Source: the human T2T-CHM13v2.0 reference genome, Homo sapiens. From it: a DNA stretch of 64,000 bases. The DNA is taken from assembly GCF_009914755.1 (NCBI RefSeq), contig NC_060933.1, one strand, 5' to 3'. Shown piece after piece: positions 54,301-64,000 of this stretch (position 1 is the first letter of the stretch; every line of letters begins with the position of its first letter). The notes under the pieces were generated by a model. That model was not told the DNA's origin and ran no database searches. It saw nothing but the letters and a program-made list of their open reading frames with translations. The position numbers were made by a program, and so were the translations under genes.

Positions 54301-57099
54301 TCCCCTGCACTCGTGTTGATTCCATTCCATTCCTTTCCATTCCATTCCTTTCCACTCGTGTTGATTCCATTCCTTTCCATTCCATTCGGTTTGAAGGCAT
54401 TCCATTCCATTCAATTCCATTCCATTCCATTCCATTCCATTCCATTCCATTCCATTCTATTCCATTCCATTGCAATCGAGTTGAATCCATTGCCTTTCAT
54501 TCCATTCCATTCCATTCCATTCCGGAAGATTCCATTCCATTGCATTCCATTCCATTCCATTCCCCTGCACTCGCGTTGATTCCATTCCATTCCATTCCAT
54601 TCCATTCCTTTCCGTTCCATTCCATTCCATTCCATTCCATTCCGTTCCATTCCATTCCATTCCATTCCATTCTATTCGGGTTAATTCCATTCCATTCCAT
54701 TCCATTCCATTCTATTCCATTCCATTGCAATCGAGTTGAATCCATTGCATTTCATTCCATTCCATTCCATTCCATTCCATTCCGGAAGATTCCATTCCAT
54801 TGCATTCCATTCCACTCCATTCCCCTGTACTCGTGTTGATTCCATTCCATTCCATTCCACTCCATTCGGTTCCGTTGCATTCCATTCTATTGCATTCCAT
54901 CTATTCGGGTTAATTCCATTCCATTCTATTCCATTCCATTCCATTCCATTCCATTGCAATGGAGTTGATTCCATTCCATTCCATTCCATTCCATTCCGGA
55001 TGATTCCATTGCATTGCATTCCATTCCATTCCATTCCCCTGCACTCGTGTTGATTCCATTCCATTCCATTCCATTCCATTCCGTTCCATTCCATTCCATT
55101 CCATTCTATTCCGGTTAATTCCATTCCATTCCATTCCATTCCATTCCATTCCATTCCATTGCAATCGAGTTGATTCCATTCCATTCCTTTCCATTCCATT
55201 CCATTGCCTTGCATTCCACTCGGGTTGATTCCATTCCCTTCTTTCCACTCCATTACATTCCCTTCCATGATTGATTCCATTCCATTGCATTCCATTGCAA
55301 TCCATTCCAATCCATTCCATTCCATTCTATTCCACTCGAGTTGACTTTATTCCATTCCTTTCCATTCCATTCCATTCCTTTCCACTCGAGTTGATTCCAT
55401 TCCATTCCAATCCATTGCATTCCATTCCATGCCATTCCACTCGGGTTGATTCCATTCCTTTGCATTCCATTCCATTCCATTCCATTCCATTCCATTCCAT
55501 TCCATTCCATTCCATTCCGTTGCATTCCATTCCATTACATTCGCATTGATTCTATTCAACTCCCTTACTCTCCATTACATTACATTCCATTCGGGTTGTT
55601 CCATTCCATTCCATTCCATTCCACTCCATTCCATTGCAGTCGGATTGATTCCATTCCATTCCATTCCATTCCATTCCATTACATTCCGGATGATTCCATT
55701 CCATTGCATTCCGTTCCTTTACATTCCCCTGCACTCGCGTTGATTCCATTCCATTCCATTCAATTCCATTCCATTACACTTCGTTCCATTCCCTTCTATT
55801 CCGTACCATTCCATTCCATTCCATACCATTCCATTCCATTCCATTCCATTCCATTCCATTCTGTTCCATTCCGTTCCATTCCATTCCATTCCATTCTATT
55901 CGGGTTAATTCCATTCCATTCCATTCCATTCCATTCCATTCTATTCCATTCCATTGCAATCCAGTTGAATCCATTGCATTTCATTCCATTCCATTCCATT
56001 CTATTCAATTCCATTCCGTTCCATTCCATTCCATTACATTCGGATTGATTCTATTCAACTCCCTTACTCTCCATTACATTCCATTCCATTCGGGTTGTTC
56101 CATTCCATTCCATTCCATTCCACTCCATTCCATTGCACTCGGGTTTATTCCATTCCATTCCATTCCATTCCATTCCATTCCATTCCATTCCATTCCGTTC
56201 CGTTCCATTCCATTCCATTCCATTCTATTCGGGTTAATTCCATTCCATTCCATTCCATTCCATTCCAATCGAGTTGATTCCATTCCATTCCATTCCATTC
56301 CACTCCATTCCAGTCCTTTCCATTCAATTCCACTCGGGTTGATTCCAATGTATTCCTTTCCATTCCATTCCATTCCATTGCAATCGAGTTGATTCCATTG
56401 CTTTCAATTCCATTCCATTCCATTCCATTCCGGATGATTCCATTCCATTGCATTCCATTCCATTCCATTCCCCTGCACTCGGGTTGATTCCATTCCATTC
56501 CACTGCATTCCGTTTCATTCCATTCCATTCCATTGTATTCGGGTTAATTCCATTCCATTCCATTCCATTCCATTCCATTCCATTACAATCGAGTTGATTC
56601 CATTCCATTCCATTCCATTCCAGTCCTTTCCATTCCATTCCACTCGGTTTGATTCCATTCTATTAGTTTCCATTCCATTGCATTCCCTTCCATTCCACTC
56701 TGGTTGATACCATTCCTTTCCATTCCACTCGAATACCTTCCCTCCTATTCCACTCGGAACGATTCCATTCCATTCCATTCCATTCCATTCCATTTCGTTC
56801 CATTCCATTGTATTCCGTATCATTCCATTCCATTCCATTCCATTCCATTCCATTCCATTCCATTCCATTGTACTCGGGTTGATTCAATTCCATTGCATTC
56901 CATTCCATTCCATTCCATTCCATTCCGTTGCATTCCATTCCATTACATTCGGATTGATTCTATTCAACTCCCTTACTCTCCATTACATTCCATTCCATTC
57001 GGGTTGTTCCATTCCATTCCATTCCATTCCACTTCATTCCATTGCACTCGGGTTGATTCCATTCCATTCCATTCCATTCCATTCCGTTCCGTTCCGTTC

Positions 57100-60050
57100 C
57101 GTTCCGTTCCATTCCATTCCATTCCATTCTATTCGGGTTAATTCCATTCCATTCCATTCCATTCCATTCTATTCCATTCCATTGCAATCGAGTTGAATCC
57201 ATTGCATTCCATTCCATTCCATTCCATTCCATTCCATTCCATTCCGGAAGATTCCATTCCACTGCATTCCATTCCATTCCAGTCCCCTGCACTCGCGTTT
57301 ATTCCTTTCAATTCCATTCCATTCCATTCCATTCCATTCCATTCCATTCCGTTCCGTTCCATTGCATTCCATTCCATTCCATTCCATTCCATTGCATTCC
57401 GTTCCGTTCCGTTCCATTCCATTCCATTCCATTCTATTCGGGTTAATTCCATTCCATTCCATTCGATTGCAATCGAGTTGATTCCATTCCATTCCATTCC
57501 AATCCATTCCATTCCATTCCATTCCTTTCCATTACATTACGGATGATTCCATTCCATTGCATTCCATTCCATTCCATTCCCCTGTACTCGGGTTGATTTC
57601 ATTCCATTCCATTCCATTCCATGCCATTCCACTCGTGTTGATTCCATTCTTTCCATTCCATCCAAGTTGAATCCATTCCATTGCATTCCATTCCATTCGA
57701 TTCCATTCGATTGCACTCTGGTTGATTACATTCCATTGCATTCCATTCCGTTCCGTTCCATTCCATTACATTCGGATTGATTCTATTCAATTCCCTTACA
57801 CTCCATTACATTCCATTCCATTCAGGTAGTTTCCATTCCATTCCATTCCATTCCTCTCCATTCCATTGCACTCGGGTTGATTCCATTCCATTCCATTCCA
57901 TTCCATTCCATTCCATTCCATTCCGAATGATTCCATTCCAATGAATTCCATTCCATTCCATTCCCCTGCACTTGGGTTGATTCCATTCCATTCCATTCCA
58001 TTCCTTTCCGTTCCATTCCATTCCATTCAATTCCATTCCATTCTATTCGTGTTAATTCCATTCCATTCTATTCCATTCCATTCCATTGAAATCGAGTTGA
58101 TTCCATTCCATTCCATTCCATTCCATTCCATTCCGGATGATTCCATTCCATTGCATTCCATTCCATTCCATTCCCCTGCACTCGGATTGAATACATTCCA
58201 TTCCATTACATTACATTCCGTTCCACTCCATTCCATTCCATTCTATTCGGGTTAATTCCATTCCATTCCATTCCACTCCATTCCAGTCCTTTCCGTTCCA
58301 TTCCACTCGGGTTGATTCCATTCTATTACTTTCCATTCCATTCCATTCCATTGCAATCGAGTTGATTCCATTCGAGTTGAATCCATTCCATTCCATTCCA
58401 TTCCATTACATTGCACACGGGTTCATTCCATTCCATTTCATTCCATTCCATTCCATTTCATTCCATTCCATTCTATTCCGTACCATTCCATTCCATCCCA
58501 TTCCATTCCATTCCATTCCATTCCATGCCATTACACTCGGGTTGATTCCATTCCTTTCCATTCCATTCTTGTTGAATCCATTCCATTCCATTCCATTCCA
58601 TTCGAATCCATTCCATTGCACTCGGGTTGATTCCATTCCATTCCATTCCATTCCATTTCATTCCATTACGTTCGGATTGATTCTATTCAATTCCTTCACA
58701 CTCCATTCCATTCCATTCCATTCGGGATGTTTCCATTCCATTCCATTCCATTCCACTCCATTCCATTGCATCGGGTTGATTGCATTCCATTCCATTCCAT
58801 TCCATTCCGGATGATTCCACTCCATTGCATTCCATTCCATTCCATTCCCCTGCACTCCGGTTGATTACATTCCATTCCATTCCCTTCCATTCCTTTCCAT
58901 TCCATTCCATTCCATTGCAATCGAGTTGATTCCATTCCATTCCATTCCATTCCATTCAATTCCATTCCATTCCGGATGATTCCATTCCATTGCATTCCAT
59001 TCCATTCCATTCCCCTGCACTCGTGTTGATTACATTCCATTCCATTCCCTTCCATTCCATTCCATTCCGGATGATTCCATTCCATTGCATTCCGTTCCAT
59101 TACATTCCCCTGCACTCGTGTTGATTCCATTCCATTCCATTACATTCGATTCGATTCCATTCCATTCCAATTCTTTCCATTCCATTCTATTCCGTACCAT
59201 TCAATTCCATTCCATACAATTCCATTCCATTCCATTCCATTCCATTCCGTTCCGTTCCGTTCCGTTCCGTTCCATTGCATTCCATTCCATTCTATTCGGG
59301 TTAATTCCATTCCATTCCATTCCATTCCATTCTATTCCATTCCATTGCAATCGAGTTGAATCCATTGCATTCCATTCCATTCCATTCCATTCCATTCCAT
59401 TCCGGAAGATTCCATTCTATTGCATTCCATTCCATTCCATTCCCCTGCACTCGCGTTTATTCCTTTCAATTCCATTCCTTTCCATTCCATTCCATTCCAT
59501 TCCATTCCGTTCCGTTCCATTCCATTCCATTCCATTCCATTCCATTCCATTCCGTTCCGTTCCGTTCCGTTCCGTTCCATTCCATTCCATTCCATTCTAT
59601 TTGGGTTAATTCCATTCCATTCCATTCGATTGCAATCGAGTTCATTCCATTCCATTCCATTCCATTCCATTCCATTCCATTCCATTCCATTCCTTTCCAT
59701 TACATTACGGATGATTCCATTCCATTGCATTCCATTCCATTCCATTCCCCTGTACTCGGGTTGATTTCATTCCATTCCATTCCATTCCATGCCATTCCAG
59801 TCGTGTTGATTCCATTCTTTCCATTCCATCCAAGTTGAATCCATTCCATTGCATTCCATTCCATTCGATTCCATTCGATTGCACTCGGGTTGATTACATT
59901 CCATTGCATTCCATTCCGTTCCGTTCCATTGCATTACATTCGGATTGATTCTATTCAATTCCCTTACACTCCATTACATTCCATTCCATTCGGGTAGTTT
60001 CCATTCCATTCCATTCCATTCCTCTCCATTCCATTGCACTCGGGTTGATT
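57100..60050 (+). repeat. ~0.8 kb segment repeated at offset 2,168 (57.1-57.9 kb and 59.27-60.05 kb)
   Basis: ORF offsets 57,532/59,700 and 57,599/59,767. Shared variants catccaagttg, cattacattacgg, gcgtttattcctttcaa. Confidence 0.8.
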
Positions 60051-63000
60051 CCATTCCATTCCATTCCATTCTATTCATTTCCATTCCATTCCATTCCATT
60101 GCAATCGAGTTGATTCCATTGTTTTGCATTCCATTCCATTCCATTCCATTCCAGATGATTCCATTCCATTGAATTCCATTCCATTCCATTCCCCTGCACT
60201 CGGGTTGATTCCATTCCATTCCACTCAATTCCATTCCATTCCATTCCATTCCATTGTATTCGGGTTAATTCCATTCCATTCCATTCCATTCCATTCCATT
60301 CCATTCCATTACAATCGAGTTGATTCCATTCCATTCCATTCCATTCCATTCCATTCCAGTCCTTTCCATTCCATTCCACTCGGGTTGATTCCATTCTATT
60401 AGTTTCCATTCCATTCCAATCCCTTCCATTCCACTCTGGTTGATTCCATTCCTTTCCATTCCACTCGAATACATTCCCTGCTATTCCACTCGGAACGATT
60501 CCATTCCATTCCATTCCATTCCATTCCATTCCATTCCATTCCGGTTGATTCCATTCCATTGCAATCCATTCCATTCCATTCCCCTGCACTCGCGTTGGTT
60601 CCATTCCATTCCATTCCATTCCATTCCATTCCGTTCCGTTCCATTCAATTCCATTCCATTCCGTTCCGTTCCGTTCCGTTCCATTCCATTCCATTCTATT
60701 CGGGTTAATTCCATTCCATTCCATTCGATTGCAATCGAGTTGATTCCATTCCATTCCATTCCATTCCATTCCATTCCATTCCATTCCATTCCATTCCATT
60801 ACGGATGATTCCATTCCATTGCATTACATTCCATTCCATTCCCCTGCACTCGGGTTGATTCCATTCCATTCCATTCCATTCGATTCGATTCCATTCCATT
60901 CCAATTCTTTCCATTCCATTCTATTCCGTACCATTCCATTCCATTCCATACAATTCCATTCCATTCCATTCCATTCCATTCCATTCCGTTCCGTTCCGTT
61001 CCGTTCCGTTCCATTCCATTCCATTCCATTCTATTCGGGTTAATTCTATTCCTTCCATTCCATTCCATTCCATTCTATTCCATTCCATTGCAATCGAGTT
61101 GAATCCATTGCATTCCATTCCATTCCATTCCATTCCATTCCGGAAGATTCCATTCCATTGCATTCCATTCCATTCCATTCCCCTGCACTCACGTTTATTC
61201 CTTTCAATTCCATTCCATTCCATTCCACTCCGTTCCGCTCCTTTCCATTCCCTTCCATTCCATTCCATACCGTTCCTTTCCGTTCCGTTCCATTCCATTC
61301 CATTCCATTCTATTCGGGTTAATTCCATTCCATTCCATTCGATTGCAATCGAGTTGATTCCATTCCATTCCATTCCATTCCATTCCATTCCTTTCCATTC
61401 CATTACGGATGATTCCATTCCATTGCATTCCATTCCATTCCATTCTCCTGCACTCGGGTTGATTCCATTCCATTTCATTCCATTACATTCCATTCCATTC
61501 CATTCCATTCCATTCTATTCGGGTTAATTCCATTCCATTCCTTTAAAATTCCATTCCATTCCATTCCATTGCAATCGAGTTGATTACATTCCATTCCATT
61601 CCATTCCATTCCAATCGATTTGATTCCATTCCATTCCATTCCATTCCACTCCATTCCAGTCCTTTCCATTCCATTCCACTCGGGTTGATTCCATTCTATT
61701 CCTTTCCATTCCATTCCATTCCATTGCAATCGAGTTGATTCCTTTCGAGTTGAATCCATTCCATTCCATTCCATTCCATTACATTGCACCCGGGTTCATT
61801 CCATTCCATTCCATTCCATTCCATTCCATTCCATTCCATTCCATTCTATTCCGTACCATTCCATTCCATCCCATTCCATTCCATTCCATTCCATGCCATT
61901 ACACTCGGGTTGATTCCATTCCTTTCCATTCCATTCTTGTTGAATCGATTCCATTCCATTCCATTATATTCGAATCCATTCCATTCCATTCCATTCGAAT
62001 CCATTCCATTGCACTCGGTTTGATTCCATTCCATTCCATTCCATTCCATTCCATTTCATTCCATTCCCTTCCATTTCATTCGGACTGATTCTATTCAATT
62101 CCCTTACACTCCATTACATTCCATTCCATTCGGGATGTTTCCATTCCATTCCATTCCTTTCCATTCCATTGCATCGGGATCATTCCATTCCATTCCAGTC
62201 CATTCCATTCCATTCCGGATGATTCCATTCCATTGCATTAAATTCCATTCCATTCCCCTGCACTCGGGTTGATTACATTCCATTCCATTCCCTTCCATTC
62301 CTTTCCATTCCATTCCATTCCATTCTATTCGGGTTAATTCCATTCCATTCCACTCCATTCCATTCCATTCCATTCCATTCCATTCCATTCCATTCCATTG
62401 CAATCGAGTTGATTCCATTCCATTCCATTCCATTCCGTTCCGGATGATTCCATTCCATTGCATTCCATTCCATTCCATTCCCGTGCAGTCGGGTTGATTC
62501 CATTCCATTCCATTCCATTCCACTCCATTCCGTTCCGTTCCATTCCATTCCATTCCATTCCATTCTATTCGGGTTAATTCCATTCCATTCCATTCCATTC
62601 CATTCCATTCCATTCCATTCCATTCAAATTCCATTCCACTCCATTCCAATCGAGTTGATTACATTCCATTCCGTTCCATTCCATTCCACTCCATTCCAGT
62701 CTTTTCCATTCCATTCTACTCGGGTTGATTCCATTCCATTCATTTCCATTCCATTCCATTCCATTGCAATCGAGTTGATTCCATTGTTTTGCATTCCATT
62801 CCATTCCATTCCATTCCGGATGATTCCATTCCATTGCATTCCATTCCATTCCATTCCCCTGCACTCGGGTTGATTCCATTCCATTCCACTCCATTCCGTT
62901 CCATTCCATTCCATTCCATTGTATTCGGGTTAATTCCATTCCATTCCATTCCATTCCATTCCATTCCATTCCATTCCATTCCATTCCATTACAATCGAGT

Positions 63001-64000
63001 TGATTCCATTCCATTCCATTCCATACCATTCCATTCCATTCCATTCCATTCCATTCCATTCCGTTCCATTCCGTTCCATTCCATTCCATTCCATTCTATT
63101 CGGGTTAATTCCATTCCATTCCATTCCATTCCATTCCATTCTATTCGTGTTAATTCCATTCCATTCTATTCCATTCCATTCCATTGAAATCGAGTTGATT
63201 CCATTCCATTCCATTCCATTCCATTCCGGATGATTCCATTCCATTGCATTCCATTCCATTCCATTCCCCTGCACTCGGGTTGAATCCATTCCATTCCATT
63301 CCATGACATTCCGTTCCATTCCATTCCATTCCATTCTATTCGGGTTAATTCCATTCCATTCCATTCCACTCCATTCCAGTCCTTTGCATTCCATTCCACT
63401 CGGGTTGATTCCATTCTATTCCTTTCCATTCCATTCCATTCCATTGCAATCGATTTGATTCCTTTCGAGTTGAATCCATTCCATTCCATTCCATTCCATT
63501 CCATTACATTGCACACGTGTTCATTCCATTCCATTCCATTAAATTCCATTCCATTCCATTTCATTCCATTCCATTCTATTCCGTACCATTCCATTCCATC
63601 CCATTCCATTCCATTCCATTCCATTCCATGCCATTACACTCGGGTTGATTCCATTCCTTTCCATTCCATTCTTGTTGAATCCATTCCATTCCATTCCATT
63701 CCATTCGAATCCATTCCATTGCACTAGTGTTGATTCCATTCCATTCCATTCCATTCCATTCCATTCCATTCCATTCCATTCCATTCCGGATGATTGCATT
63801 CCATTGCATTCCATTCCATTCCATTCCCCTGCACTCGGGTTGATTCCATTCCATTTCATTCCATTACATTCCGTTCCATTCCATTCCATTCCATTCCATT
63901 CTATTCGGGTTAATTCCATTCCATTCCTTTAAACTTCCATTCCATTCCATTCCATTGCAATCCAGTTGATTCCATTCCATTCCATTCCATTCCACTCCAT

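Larger units (their letters stand above)
1..64000. repeat. Satellite 3 (HSat3-type) pericentromeric array, diverged (CATTC/GAATG)n
   Basis: The pentamer is uninterrupted across the window. CATTCCATTC dominates, rather than the CATTCGATTC typical of HSat2, and it is interspersed with ACTCGGGTTG/CAACCCGAGT and ATTCGGGTTA decamers, the classical satellite 3 signature. Confidence 0.96.
35401..64000 (+). repeat. Orientation block 3: C-rich (CATTC) strand on +
   Basis: Reads cattc pentamers from 35,401 to the end of the window. Confidence 0.97.

Noticed and set aside
26-63932. Hundreds of ORFs on both strands
   Set aside because: All are translations of the pentamer, overlap in every frame, and show no non-repetitive domain. 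Long ORFs are expected because (GGAAT)n lacks stop codons.
1-64000. CRISPR-like repeat/spacer pattern from recurring decamer landmarks
   Set aside because: The intervening sequence is the same pentamer rather than unique spacers, spacing is irregular, and there are no cas genes.
1-64000. HSat2, alpha satellite, telomeric repeat or CENP-B boxes
   Set aside because: CATTCGATTC is only sporadic, and I see no 171-bp monomer, no TTAGGG runs and no CENP-B box.
1-64000. Assignment to a specific chromosome or subfamily (e.g. DYZ1 3.6 kb unit, chr9 array)
   Set aside because: No regular array-wide higher-order period is visible, and assignment needs subfamily k-mer comparison that I cannot run.

Overview
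The whole 64 kb window is primate pericentromeric classical satellite of the human satellite 3 (HSat3) type. It consists of diverged (CATTC/GAATG)n pentamers punctuated by the typical CAACCCGAGT/ACTCGGGTTG-type decamer landmarks. I see no genes, RNA genes, transposons or CRISPR arrays, and every listed ORF is an in-silico translation of the pentamer (MEWNG / IPFHS). The informative signal is structural. (1) A ~12.7 kb block (~22,721-35,400) is in the opposite orientation. Both breakpoints are resolved to a few bases and both fall inside CpG-containing landmark motifs; the right one forms a 28-bp near-perfect palindrome with CGAGT microhomology. (2) Two distinguishable satellite variant domains (here A and B), plus a small module C, are arranged A>B>|<B<C<A|A>C>, which looks more like an inverted duplication/triplication than a simple inversion. 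(3) There are several recent local duplications (~0.87, 2.43 and 2.7-2.8 kb tandem; ~1.4 kb displaced) and an ~848-bp sub-repeat. (4) Perfect three-pentamer heat-shock elements occur only in the A domain. Domain boundaries were read by eye and are approximate, and chromosome, subfamily and species cannot be assigned without a database search. I found no new gene-based system.
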